Below, one piece after another: positions 12,851-25,892 of a DNA stretch of 64,000 bases; position 1 is the stretch's first letter; each line of letters opens with the position of its first letter. The DNA comes from Octopus sinensis. Its lineage: Eukaryota. A program made the translations under genes and the position numbers. The DNA lies in the NCBI RefSeq assembly GCF_006345805.1, contig NC_042999.1:173476001-173540000 (forward strand). Direction: 5' to 3'. Below the pieces are notes generated by a model that saw only the letters and a list, made by a program, of their open reading frames with translations, was not told the origin of the DNA and searched no databases.

Positions 12851-13252
12851 ATTTGTTTTTGTTTTCGCATTGCTTATTCTATGTCTGTATTTTGTATTGT
12901 ATGTAAATATATTCATTAAGCCTACTTGTGTTCATCTGCTTTCTCTACTTAAATATGAGTATATTTCTATACGGCATACTTCTACAAAATATGAATCACA
13001 ATCTCTAAGTCGACATAAGGCAAGAGCAGAAATTAATTGCATAAGATGCAATGCATTGTGTTCCGTTCCAGAACTACGTGGTTACAACATAGCCACCATG
13101 TCTTCATCCATTCCTGGTTTCAAATTACCACAGTGCTACTGTTTTCCACAAAAGAAGAAAATAATAAAAGAAAATTATAGTGTAGCATCCATCTTCCTAT
13201 TTCTCTACCTTTTGTCCAAAACATAAAATTTCGTGTTTCTTTTGTTTGGCAG

Positions 13253-13403
13253 AGGTCAGTCAGCACTGATGAATGAGGCCTATGGTCTAACGTCTTCCAG
13301 ACTTGACATCTTCATTCCTCATTTCAATGTTTCCTTCTTTGCAACCAGATACGGAGGAAATATATTCTCTTTCGCTGTTATTTCTCGTAGATTGCTGAAG
13401 CAA
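13253..13403 (+). CDS. Candidate exon of an unidentified gene or pseudogene
   Basis: Acceptor ttcttttgtttggcag, donor CAA|gtaagc; stop-free GQSALMNEAYGLTSSRLDIFIPHFNVSFFATRYGGNIFSFAVISRRLLKQ. The same frame runs 12870-13436 with one internal stop. No family recognised. Confidence 0.3.
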
Positions 13404-13629
13404 GTAAGCTCTGCAATAGGCCTGTATTTCAGTTAAAATCATAAAGTGGCTAAGTTTCACACAAACTTTCATTTCTTTGATGGTTGATATATATCACACA
13501 CAGAAATACATATGTGCCTGACTTTGAGAGGGTGTGTATGTGTGTGAGTGTGTGTGTGTGCTTGCGTGTGTGTGTATGTGTGTATGTGTGTGTGTGCGTG
13601 TATGTGAATGTGTGTGTGTGTGTGTGTGT

Positions 13630-13660
<31 letters not shown>

Positions 13661-14394
13661 CATGACTATCCCACTTTTTAATCAGCTGTACCTTTTTCCG
13701 ATTGAGTCACTATAGAAATAAATGAAAAAAGCATTTCACATTCATGAAAATAGACTATAATTCTTCATAGAATGAACCGCCGCAAATAATTCCTATATAG
13801 AGTCTAATTAAATAAACACTTTTTCCCCTCGTTTGTTTTTATGTATTGCAGCAATACGTTATGTACGAGCGACCATTTTTAAGAATGGGAAAGTCTTTTT
13901 CCCTTTTATATTTAGATATTTATTTTTATTTTAAGCATTCGTATGCCTTTTAGAGAGCAATTGAATTAAGAAAAGATAAATCGTAGCCTTTATTTTATTA
14001 TTGTTCCTCACATTGTTCTCGCCGTAAATTTGATATATTGAAAACGCCATACACATTTACACTAAAAAGTCTGAGAAATGTATTGCTTTTCTAGTGAGAT
14101 TCTTATTGCTGTTGATAATTTTTAGGGTTTTCTTTGGATTTTCTTTTCAGAATAAAGTCAATAAAGTGTATATTGACAAGAAAAAGCATTATAACAAAAC
14201 AGTATCAAAAGTAAGTTTTAGAATATACTTTGAAAAATCTGGCACAGAAATTGCAAATTGTCACGAGAACTGAGAATTTAAAGTAAAATAGGGTTCATGA
14301 TACCCGAATGAAACATAAAATTTTGCTTATACAGGCATTTCCACGAACACACAAACACGCAGAACTATAACTTAACTATCTGCCTATTTATCTA

Positions 14395-14489
<95 letters not shown>

Positions 14490-14600
14490 CATACATACAT
14501 ATATATATATGTATGTCACTGAAACCCATATTAATTTCGTGGGTTGATATGTGTACATACATATATATACATACACACACACATATATAGATATATATAT

Positions 14601-14663
<63 letters not shown>

Positions 14664-14743
14664 AAATAAATAAGGTTTTCTATGACACCAAGACAAAAAC
14701 TTGAACAAACCTGAGAGTAATAATTCAAAAATTAAGGAAAAGA

Positions 14744-14785
<42 letters not shown>

Positions 14786-15763
14786 GCTGAGAATAAAATA
14801 GAAACAAATGATATTAATGATAAAATTTCAATGACAATAAATAAAATATGATAAAAACCGAAATGGAATCCGAAAACAGAAAACTTTCAAATGCATTTCG
14901 ATAAGAAAACATATCCAATAAGGAACAAATGTTTACATAAAATGATTCTTATCATGATAAAATCTGTATATAAATGTATATCTCTCCTTCACTCAATACA
15001 TTTCTAACTCACTCTCTCAGAGACTCTCTCTCTCTCTTTGTTTATGTATGTATGTTTGTTTGTGTGTATAGATATATAAATACACACACGTGTGTATATG
15101 TGTATGTATGCACGTGCGCGCGCGTGTGCGTGTTTCATTTTAAAATAGTCTAACACTCAGAATGACATTTGAACACAGTATTGAAATACATCTGGTTTTC
15201 AAATGTCATTTGTAATTAGAAGATCTAGAGGTCATATGAATCCCCGATGTTAGGTCGGCCAGAACTGTTCTTTGTCTTTCGGAGAAGTATAACAATTTTG
15301 AACTAAAGATGACTAACTACGTGATGCGCATCCAAAATCTTTATATTTTGTTGTTTGATTATAGCTTCATTATATATTTTCGAGTTGCTTTTCTTATGAT
15401 ACTTCAATGATAAACATAAAACTCAAAATAGCTCCTGAAGAGCCCTCAACTTTTGATAAAATGCACAAACTCTATGTATAGTGTAATTTTCCGTCATTTC
15501 AAAAGATAAGTCTTTATCAGCGTCTATATATGATTATGAGTCCGAGCATATGGATATGACGTTTAAAAAAAAAATATTAGTGCGATCTCTTCCTCCGATT
15601 TCATATCTGCAGCTGACGCTAATGCTCTAGAACGTCTCTTAAAAATGTCAGGCCAGATATACTTTAGGCTTTTAAACACATGTTGAGTATGCCTCTGAAT
15701 GGAGAGTTCATAAGTTAATATCTCAATACCAGACGCAACTGAACTTCATACGTTTCAAGAATA

Positions 15764-15930
15764 TATTGGGTTGTCCGGTAAGTTCGTACCGATTTTTAAA
15801 GAAAAGAAAAAGGTCAATAAATACTTGCCATTACATTTTTAATCAACCAAATATGAACCATTTTGTTGCACAATGCTTCTCCATCTTTCCCTTAACTTGA
15901 AAATACCCTCTTCCTATAATTGAGGCCGAA
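15764..15930 (-). mobile_element. Mariner transposon 3' end remnant
   Basis: TA followed by TIR-like ttgggttgtccggtaagttcgtaccgatttt; minus translation EGIFKLRERWRSIVQQNGSYLVD* matches the mariner transposase C-terminus pattern. Confidence 0.65.
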
Positions 15931-16274
15931 TGCTAGAAATCCTCAAAGAAAAGAAAATGAAAAATTTCACTCCCGATAATTTGCTAACAGCTTACCCGGC
16001 TTCAATAAAACTCGCCTTTGCGTGCAGACCATTTCAGTGTCACATACCAACTTGATGAGAGCTTGGAATTTGACACTGATAGTATCTGGGAAAGTACCTT
16101 TCCTCAATCCTCTCAGCATCCACTACCACGCAGCCTCTTCCAACAATGCAAATAGACAAATGAAAACTTCCTGACCCGACTTCTTCAAGATGGAGAGTGG
16201 GGTTATCCCCATGTTGGACTTCGCCGATAACTAGATTCCACCTACACACAACAATAGCTGTTCAGCATAACTCC

Positions 16275-16612
16275 ACAATGACAATGTGGCAAGAATGATC
16301 CATTGGGAGCTGTGGAAATCACGGCCTACAAAGAGCAAAGGCATGGTATGAGAAAACCCCAGAAGTCACCAAAAGGAGAACTACCAAATCCCGTGGGATG
16401 TAATGATCCAGTGCGATCTCCTGACCAAACATAGGAAACTGGACATTGTTGTGGCGAATAAAAAAGAAAGAATATGTATGATAATTGACGTCGCATGCCC
16501 CGGTGACAACAGGATCAATGTGAAAGAAGAAACTATAAGCAACTATGACGATATAAAGTGGGAAACATGAAGGCTGTGGTCAATGGAAACAGTAGACGTG
16601 ATACCAACTTAC
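16275..16612 (+). mobile_element. RLE-type (R4-like) non-LTR endonuclease fragment
   Basis: HDNVARMIHWEL..WYEK..PWDVMIQCD..RKLDIVVANKKERICMIIDVACPGDNRINVKEE. Confidence 0.7.
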
Positions 16613-18370
16613 AGACGAATATTCAGAGTAGACCTATTCACATGAGCCATTTTCGCAACATTCACCCACCTTTCAACAAAATTACTGGTGGGGAGCAGTA
16701 CCTCCCTCGCTACCCTCACTTTCCTTTTCAAGTGGAACTTGAAAAAGTCGATGAGGGCTCGACCGAAGAGGAATGTGTCTGCCTTGAGTCGTTTCAGACT
16801 CGGCTAATAACTAAATCCGTCCTACACCTGACAACAGCTCCTTAGGTCAGTAATGCAAGGATACTGGACGAATGCATGCAGGACTGTTCCAACGGCCTGC
16901 GCACACCTCAAAGAGGTCTGTCTGACAGCACTTCTGTGTCTGCAGAGCTTCTCTCGGATCGGTAGAGTTCCCCGGTAGCACTGTCAGGCCTGAGATTTCT
17001 AGAAGTTATCCATAGGCTATGGCCCGAAAGCCCTCCGGGAAACACCAGTTAGCTGATCACTCTTGACGCCCAGAGTTTATCCGACTAAGTCGTCACTCAT
17101 TCTCTCCCCTGATCCTCTATAAAAGTCTATGGTGGAACTTCCACCGACTGCGTTTCCCGACAGGCGGAAGACCGTGCGGGCTTGCCGACATTCAAAGTAC
17201 CAGGCACCTTTTCTGGTCTAGGTTTGACCCAGGACTGTAACTTCATCCATGAGAGGAGCTGTGGAAAATCCTGTTTGAGGAACGGTGACATACCTGCTCA
17301 CTTTGAGGAAACGGTGGTAGACTCGTAGCCTCAGTGCATGTCTGCGCATCATTACCCAAGGCATCCTCAGTCTTCCAATCAGCGAATGTTGACAACAGAT
17401 AGAAAGTGGAAGAACAAGCTTATTTTGCAGTGTTTATGTTCGATGTGCTGGGGGTTTCTGTTTACAGGTGTTGCCGTAGATTCGTCAGCCTTCTTTTTCC
17501 TTTGTCTTTTACGTCTTTTGCACTTTTAAGTTCTTCATCTTCTCTATGGGGTGAGGATGGACTACTGTCTGTAGGATCTGTTTCCGGGAGTGTGAGAGTA
17601 TCTGTGGTAGTGTGAGCGTGTTGGTGTGAGTGTATTCTTGCGAGAGAAGGTGATGGGGCTTGTTTGACAGATACTCTGGGTGGTTTTCTCCATTCTGTGG
17701 GGTTCACATGCCTCTGTTGTTATCGGAAAGGAGGCTACCGTTTTATTAAAAGGTCTCTGTTGTTGCCGTTGTTAGAAGTGCGCTGTAGGCTGCATCTGTG
17801 GTCGCGTACCACCCAACAGTTTGCGGCAGAAGGCTCTAACATGGTTGTAGCCCCACAGCTGTCACATCTGGGCTTCCTGCCTTCCAACAAAACCCGCAGT
17901 TCCATCCCGTTGGGCGGCTGGATCAGGTCCGGGATCTTCTCAATATTTTCTGGCTTCACATACATTAATATTTTCGAGTTGATCCCGCACCAGTTTTCCC
18001 TCCTGCTTCTTTTTGCCTCCAGGAGTGACTCTGGGCCATGCAGCGCACATGCGGCAATTTACTGGACATTTACGCCCGCCATTTACCCTAATTCTGGTCG
18101 TTCTCTTTGAGAGGTAGATGGTATACAGTACCAACTCCTCAGTCCACCGGGGTAAAACTGCGTGTCATCGTCCGAGGTCCTCACTTTTACACAGGACCTC
18201 AATGCTGACAAACTGCCTCCTTCTCTGTATATGAGCAACTTCTATTCAAATTTCTGATGGAGGTTATTTCAGCTCTTCTACTTTTGCGCGATACGTATCT
18301 AAAATATACGCACTTTTTCTCTTATGCTTCTATTATTTCGGGAGGTCTTTCGCTTTTGAGAGTTCACTTG
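16613..18370 (-). mobile_element. Internally deleted, decayed Tx1/L1-clade LINE (ORF1 joined to the ORF2 C-terminus)
   Basis: ORF1-like IEKIPDLI..ELRVLLEGRKPRCDSCG (zinc-knuckle start) at ~17830-17950; ORF2 C-terminal QCYRGTLPIREKL..RCAQAVGTVLHAFVQ..FFKFHLKRKVRV..FVERW at ~16640-16990. No RT core recognised between them. Confidence 0.65.
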
Positions 18371-18817
18371 TTTTGTCATCGAGTGCGATGGCAAACAATT
18401 CTCCCTTTGTGTTTGCTACATTATTTTTATTATTGTTTTTGTTATCGCTGTCGTCATCGTTGATTTTGTTGTTGCCGTTGTTGTTGTTACTGCTGCTGAT
18501 GCTGCTGATGCTGATGCTGATGGTGGCGGTGATATTGTGGCCCCTTCCACCTTTGTCACTGTCACCACCACCGTCATGCTATTCCCCGCCACTCTGCCTT
18601 CAATTGTAGGATTATTTTTCCGCTAAAATCCATAGCATTGTTCACGAAACTGCCGTCTCTGCGACTACTGTCACTGCCACCGTGGCTGCTGTTGCTGTTT
18701 CTTGCGTTGTTGTTGCCGGCACCGTTGCTGCTGTCACTGCTCACACTGCTGCTATCGCTGCTGACACTGCTGCTTTCGCTGCTGCTACTGCTGCTGTCAC
18801 CTCTCCCGCTGTCGCAG

Positions 18818-18888
18818 TTACAAGGGCCTACACACAGAGGGGACAAAAAAGGACAGCCAAACCGATTAAGTCGATTATATCGACCCCA
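18818..18888 (-). mobile_element. SINE family B 3' fragment
   Basis: acacagaggggacaaa..ggacag..gattaagtcgattatatcgaccccagtgcgtaac matches the family B tail. Confidence 0.65.
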
Positions 18889-18897
18889 GTGCGTAAC

Positions 18898-19147
18898 ATC
18901 CTTAAACAATCCTTATTCAGGGACCTTTTAAGCGGGATGTGTTACTCGACCGGAAGAAGATACTAACTGGGCCCCACCTGCAAGGTCATGTGCTATTTAT
19001 CTTGATATGAGATCACCATGTCGCGCATATATGGTTCTGATGCATGCGCCTAGTGTACGCTTATTAGATAGGTAGTCATGTTGGGTACACTGGGCTTCGT
19101 ATATTTTACACCAGTGTCACTTTGATGGCATGCACTGCTCTCTCACT
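18898..19147 (+). mobile_element. Probable retroposon 3' portion ending in an (AAT)n tail
   Basis: Non-coding GC-richer block ending ...ctctctcactc-(aat)n; single copy in the window, so the family is unassigned. Confidence 0.3.
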
Positions 19148-19148
19148 C

Positions 19149-19192
<44 letters not shown>

Positions 19193-19211
19193 CAAAAACA
19201 ACAACAACAAC

Positions 19212-19255
<44 letters not shown>

Positions 19256-19274
19256 CAAAAACAACAACAACAAC

Positions 19275-19320
<46 letters not shown>

Positions 19321-19340
19321 GTAGTAGAAGTAGTAGTATC

Positions 19341-19401
<61 letters not shown>

Positions 19402-19420
19402 CCAGCAGCAGCAGCAGCAA
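19148..19420. repeat. Compound (AAT)(AAC)(AGT)(AGC) microsatellite
   Basis: Direct reading; followed by three copies of aatagtttacca. Confidence 0.95.
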
Positions 19421-19604
19421 TAGTTTACCAATAGCAATAGTTTACCACAGCAATAGTTTACCACAGAGGCATGATGTACTTTTGGAACAAGTGGTTCACA
19501 ATCGATTATATGGATCCAGTCTCTATTGATGTTTATTATATCGACGCCGGGAAGGATGAATGATAAAGTCGACCTCAGTATTATTGCAACACACACTATC
19601 GCAG

Positions 19605-19913
19605 GGGCAAAGCAAAATACTAATTGCCAGCTGGCTTCGCGTGTGTCTTGTTTCGACTACTTGTAATATATTAGAAAATATTACCGAAAATTACATTATA
19701 GACTTCATCAAGTTGAAAGGGAATTTATGGTCGGAAGATGAAAGTAAAGCGAATCAGTTTTAAAACAATAGTTCGTGTATGTCATAGGAAAAGCACGATA
19801 ATAATGAGACAGCTAGTGATCGAAATGAAATTCTGTTTGCAGCCGATTCACGAGGGAAATCATATGAACAGAATAAGGCCTGGATAAAAGACAATATACC
19901 AGTAAAAGGTCTC
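19605..19913 (+). pseudogene. Stop-sparse frame, candidate decayed exon(s)
   Basis: After tcgcag| there are 103 codons with 2 stops: GQSKILIASWLRV..NLWSEDESKANQF*NNSSCMS*EKHDNNETASDRNEILFAADSRGKSYEQNKAWIKDNIPVK. Confidence 0.25.
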
Positions 19914-20322
19914 TGAGAAAATCTTTAATCTTAATCTACGATTAATGGAATATATATATTTCAAATATAATCCATTCAGGAAAACAAAGCTTTGACGGAC
20001 GAAAAGTATACATGATTTAAGTCACAAACACAGAATATGGTGCGCACACGCACATAAAAAGACTACAAACGTGAAGTAAATGTCTATTCTCTATCTGCTA
20101 TTGGTTTCTTATCTTTATATAAGCTCACGTTTATACATGTAATATTTACAACTGATATCATCACGTAATTGAAGAGTGAGATTTTGCTTCCTGTGTACTA
20201 CTACAAAAGCAAGAATGTTCAATACACTACTGCCCTTAAAACTGGAATTAGCAGAAGTCAGAGTGAATTAGCATGTAAATGATTTAACCAATTAAAAGCG
20301 ATATATCAATCTACAACTGTTT

Positions 20323-20355
<33 letters not shown>

Positions 20356-20964
20356 GGTAGGTAGGTAAGTAGATGAAATAAGTAGTTAGGACTGTTTGTG
20401 TGTGTGAGTGTGCGTGTGTGTGTGTGTGTTTGTGTGAGTGAATGCATGTGTGTATATACGTATTTATGTAAATATATACATATACGTATGTATGCATTTA
20501 TGCTCGACTTATGTAAAGAGAGAGGAAGAGTAAGTGAAGGCTAGGAGACAGATACAAACAGATAGGTATAGTGAGAGAAAAAGGTGTAGATATGCATGGG
20601 ATTTAGCTAGTTACGTCGAGGTTTAAATCTTTGCGCTCTTTACTGATCTCGTTCTTTAAATTAATTGTAGGTTAATGAATGATTCCCTCGAAATTATCAC
20701 CCTCAATCTGACTCAGCTCACCACCGCCATCAACTTTGCTGCTTTCTTGTCCATCAATTTTCTTCATTATCCAAACCATCTGTTTTCTGAACATGAATCG
20801 ATTCTCATTGCACATCCTCTCACTCCAAACACTCCAAATCTTCCATCCCCTACTTACAATTGCAACAGTGGCCGGTCTCTTTAGTTATAGTCATGGTATT
20901 GGAACTCAGTTGCTCCTAATATCACTTCAGTTCCTGCGTCTGTTATCCCTACACTATTATTATT

Positions 20965-21177
20965 CTTTTCTGCTCTAAGCAGAAGGTCCGAAATTTTGGG
21001 GGAGGGGACCAGTCGATAGATCGACCCCAGTACGCAACTGGTACTTAATTTATCGACCCCGAAAAGATGAAAGGCAATGGTGACCTTGGCGGAATTTGAA
21101 CTCAGAACGTAAAGACAGACGAAATACCGTTAAGCATTTCACCCACAGTGCTTACGTTTCTGCCAGCTCTCCGCCTT
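20965..21177 (-). mobile_element. tRNA-derived SINE, family B
   Basis: Reverse complement of ggcggagagctggcagaaacg..gagttcaaattccgcc..ggggtcgataaattaagtaccag. Confidence 0.85.
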
Positions 21178-22294
21178 TACACTGTTATTATTACTAGCCG
21201 ACTCCACTTGCCTAACGTTGACCACATCGCAGAATACAAGACTCTCCCTTGTTAAATCTTTTGTTTTGCCCTGTCGATTTGTAGTGGATGGAGATTCTAA
21301 TACCCGTCTTAAAATATCGGAAAGGTAAAATATGTCCACTTCGTCTAATGAACGGCTAACAAAACAAAATAATACAGAGCTGAGAGAAAATTTTACTAAA
21401 TAAAAGTTTCGTCCGAGTATGCTGATTGCTACATATTCATTCCATCGTATACTGTTCAATAACTTGTATAACTATATATACATACATACACACAGTCATA
21501 CACACACACATACACACATACAAATACATACACACACATGCACACACAAACATACGCATTTATATATAAACTAATGTCACAAGAATTAACTTTATAAAAC
21601 ATTCGTGTGAAATCATAGTTAACATATTCAAGAACACTTGTATCTGTTGCTGTTTTTGAAAATTTTGTCTCCAACACCAGTTTCTGGAATACTTAAAATA
21701 TGTGCTGTTTATTTTTTTTCTTGGTCATTTTTTCGCTTTTAATATCCCTAAAGTACATAAAATATAGACATGCATAAAATGACAGCTTCCAAATCTTATT
21801 TTCTGAAGGGTAAAAATTATCAAAAGTCAAACCTCTGTAGCATTTTTAAATCATTCTTCTGGAATAAGTGAATTATGCTCTGAGGTTCAGCATGAAAACG
21901 TACATCAACACACCAAATTTGAAAATGTTTAATTAACTTTAAAATTTCAAAAATTACTGCCAAACAGAAAAGATCTCTAATTGCTAGATGACATATGTCC
22001 CAAGACACTTGCTCGTGTCGCAGATAAGACAGCTCACTAATGTTGAGATATTGTACTGCTTGGATTCCCACCTTTGACAGGCATCTCTGCAGAGGCGGTC
22101 TCCAGTGCACTAGATCACACGCGAAACAGCTTACCACTAGCTCCACCACTACCTCACTATGACCTTTACGGCAACCAACAACAACATTTTAGGGGACTGC
22201 TGTAGCTATCTGATTCCTCTGAAAAAGTGGGGGTCACTGCCCGTTCAGCTATAAAGATGACAGGATCTACATAAACTCACATTTCGAAACCGTT

Positions 22295-22335
22295 CATTTC
22301 TGATGATGTGCCTCTGTGCCTGAAACATGTAAAGG
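22295..22335 (+). ncRNA. Possible degenerate minimal hammerhead motif
   Basis: ttt-CTGATGA-tgtgcctctgtgcct-GAAAC-AT-GTA-aag; palindromic ACATGT stem III and a GUA site, but stem II does not pair. Confidence 0.3.
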
Positions 22336-22804
22336 TTACTCAACTTTCATTTTTCACATTATTAGAAGCTTTCCTTCGTTATTTATTATCATACACACAC
22401 GTACACATATGTGTGTATCTGTATATGTATGTATGTATGTATGTGTGTGTGTATCTATATATGTATGTATCAGTGTGATGCTGTTTCGTACATCCACTAC
22501 TACAAGTTTATTACGAGTGATATATGAATGCAGTATAAATCAATGATCGCTGTTATTCTATATATTGCATTAAAACATTCTTGATGTTTAGTTAATAGTT
22601 TTCAATACAACGTTTAAAGCAATACTGACAGCGAAAATGGAAATAACAGCAAGCTTCTCTTATGCATGTAAAGGAACCAATAATATTTATAAAGATAATC
22701 ATAAGCATAGGGAATCCGTCCATGCTATACAATCGAAGATGTTATCTAGGAATGTAGTTAATATCAAATAACATAAGCTTTGTGCAGTAAATTGCTTTGT
22801 TTAG

Positions 22805-23070
22805 ATCGAACGAAGAAAATGCCACTCAAATGTAGAAACCTATCGTAGCCTTTGAATTGCATGCTGCACGAAATTCAGCGCAGCCAAGACAAAGGTTATA
22901 TCTACCGGTATATTGTCCTTTGAAAGAGATCCCGGTCGTACTCAGTGATGAGACTCTGGAAGAGATTTGTTAATTTAAGTATAGTGATTCTACCTTCACT
23001 ATCACTATGCAGGGCAAAGGTGGGAAACTTGTCTGCATCAAAATGTGACAAAATCAAAACAACTTTAAAG
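22805..23070 (+). pseudogene. Stop-sparse frame, candidate decayed exon
   Basis: Acceptor ttgctttgtttag, end aaag|gtgtat; about 89 codons with 3 stops, including LYLPVYCPLKEIPVVLSDETLEEIC*FKYSDSTFTITMQGKGGKLVCIKM. Confidence 0.25.
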
Positions 23071-24589
23071 GTGTATATTAGTAACTTATTTTTTACAGTA
23101 TTGTTAATAATATATGAACTGACAATATGGTGTTTTATAGTGATTCATTCATATCTCGAAGTTGTTCCTTATCGAGAAGAACTACAGTTATCCACCCCAT
23201 CTTTGTTTTCAAGCAAAGAGTTTGTAAGACTATATAATACAATTTATGCTTCTATTTTTAATTAGGATATAAGAGCGCGGTAGCTATTATATCAAACAGA
23301 TCTAATGACCAAATAAATGTTTTTTGTTGGCTAATTAATATTGATTACTTGACATTTACTCTAATAAATACTTTTTAGCGAAAGAGGTACCTAGAGAAAT
23401 AGATACTGACTTGAATCCGTTCAACGTGAACTGATTCTATAAATAATTAGTTATATAGTAATACATATCCTAAGAAGATTAAACTAAGTGATATTTTTGT
23501 TATGAGTGAGACTAACATGTGTCACACAAGTACATACGTTGTATTGAAGGATTCGAGTTAATTGAAGTTGTCACTCTATCTATTTAGATTGCAGAAGAAA
23601 TTCTTTGTAATTTTGTTCAAGGTGCTGTCATTGTAGTGTAACATTAAAAAAGGATTGGATTGGATTAGAGTTAAACTTTCATATTTATTATTGTTTGTCA
23701 GAAAGTTGCTTCACCCCTATATTCAACTCAACAATAACCGTGATTTCGTGGTTGAATTGAATGGTTAGATTTTTGGCTGTCATAAACGTAGCAGTCGAAT
23801 GCCAGTCAAAACACAGTGAACGCACACACACACACACATATAAACATATATGTATGTGTGTGTATGTGTGTGGGGGGGTGTACGACGTCTAAGAGACCAT
23901 AAGTTAGGGAAAAATGCACTCGTATACATGTCGGCAGGGTGGGTATATTAATCGAAATGTACAGTATTATTTATCCATTACGGCCGATCTTACCAATCTG
24001 TTTCGCACTAAGTGTTCAACGGAGTTCTAGGTAACAGTCTGATTATGTAACCCGGCGCTCTTCAGAAGTAGCCATTTTGGAATGAAATAGTGCGACTGCT
24101 CTCTATTGCTGGAGGTTAAAAGTCATCCGGTTTGTAGTTGCTGTGAAAAAGGTGATAGAACGAATCGACAGGGTATTAAGTTAAGAGTTATGTCCCTTGG
24201 TATCAAAACATCGTCTAGATTACAATGAATGTACACACTTCAGATATACACCCTCACAACCATATACCCTACTTGAGATATAACAGGAATATAAATATCA
24301 CGACTTCATGAAGATACATACGGAGAGGATGTAGATATTCTTGGTCCTCTTCAGAGCTAGTTCATCGTAATGAAGAAGACAGATCATAGATCTTCCAACG
24401 GTGCCATCGCTTCTTCTGTCATACAATGCATCTGGATTACATTGTCCAACTTATATTTTTATTTTAATCAGTGAGTGTTTGGCTGTCATATTTACCAGGA
24501 CTATTTCATAGACGATCTCTCATTTGATGTTATTCAGGCGGAGTAGGTGAGCATAATGAGAGAGAATATATATTATTTTCAAATGTGGA

Positions 24590-25012
24590 CACACGGCCAA
24601 CAAATGTTGGGGAGGGTGCATGTCAATTACATCGACTCCAGTGTTGAACTGGCATTTGTTAGAAACGTTAGCACGCCGGGCAAAATGCATAGCCGTATTT
24701 CGTCTGCCGTTACGTTCTGAGTTCAAATTCCGCCGAGGTCGACTTTGCCTTTCATTCTTTCAGGGTCGATTAAATAAGTACCAGTTACGCACTGGGATCG
24801 AAGTAATCGACTTAATCCGTTTGTCTGTCCTTGTTTGTCTCCTCTGTGTTTAGCCCCTTGTGGGTAGTAAAGAAATTATTTGTTCTATTGATCACGAAAG
24901 TACGAGAGGCAAAGTCGAGTCGGGCAATATTTGAACTCAGAACGTAAATTTGGAAGAAATGCCGCTAAGCATTTTGTCTGGCGTAGTAACAATTCTACCA
25001 GCACACCGCCTT
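24590..25012 (-). mobile_element. Old family B SINE interrupted by a younger antisense family B copy
   Basis: The tail at 24590-24660 and head at 24878-25012 rejoin into one decayed copy. Confidence 0.7.
24661..24877 (+). mobile_element. Family B SINE, slightly 5'-truncated, 7-bp TSD
   Basis: TSD atttgtt at 24654-24660 and 24878-24884. Confidence 0.85.
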
Positions 25013-25129
25013 AAGAGAGAATAAATAAGAAACGGTTAATCAACCACTACATTACAATCAATATCAGCGACCAAACTAATCTCAATGCTACTCAAATGAA
25101 TATAGTCTACACACACACACACACAGACA

Positions 25130-25165
<36 letters not shown>

Positions 25166-25169
<4 letters not shown>

Positions 25170-25892
25170 TTAGCGTATCAATATAATAATATATCCATAT
25201 ACCAAATAAAAAATCAGCAAATTACATTGTAAAACAACCGGAAGGATAATTTAAACGCAGAAAGTAGAAAGTAATAGTTATTAACACACAGAGTTATTAA
25301 TACATGGGGAAAACGTTAAATTCTTCTTAGTTACCATTAAAAAAATGGTATCTCTATAATGACGGTCGATCCAAAGTTATATTAGCTAGATCACTCAAGT
25401 TATATAATGACAATATAAGCATGTTAATTAAAGAATTATATGTTCTCTATCTAGTTGAAGCGAGTGTACACACACAGATGCAGACACACACACACACAGA
25501 TCCATGCATATATATATATAACATATATATATATATTATATATATATATATATATTAGTTAGCGTATCAATATAATAATATATCCATATACCAAATAAAA
25601 AATCAGCAAATTACATTGTAAAACAACCGGAAGGATAATTTAAACGCAGAAAGTAATAGTTATTAACACACAGAGTTATTAATACATGGGGAAAACGTTA
25701 AATTCTTCTTAGTTACCATTAAAAAAAATGGTATCTCTATAATGACGGTCGATCCAAAGTTATATTAGCTAGATCACTCAAGTTATATAATGACAATATA
25801 AGCATGTTAATTAAAGAATTATATGTTCTCTATCTAGTTGAAGCGAGTGTACACACACAGATGCAGACACACACACACACAGATCCATGCAT
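25166..25892. repeat. Tandem duplication, period about 389 bp, bounded by (TA)n
   Basis: 25166-25510 versus 25555-25892 are near-identical (7-nt indel agaaagt, A7/A8). Confidence 0.9.

Noticed and set aside
16040-16249. 69-aa minus ORF
   Set aside because: No recognisable motif in any frame; it lies between TE remnants.
18373-18966. Long Ala/Leu/Ser-rich ORFs in several frames
   Set aside because: Cryptic (GCT/GTT)n trinucleotide repeat open on both strands, with no splice or homology support.
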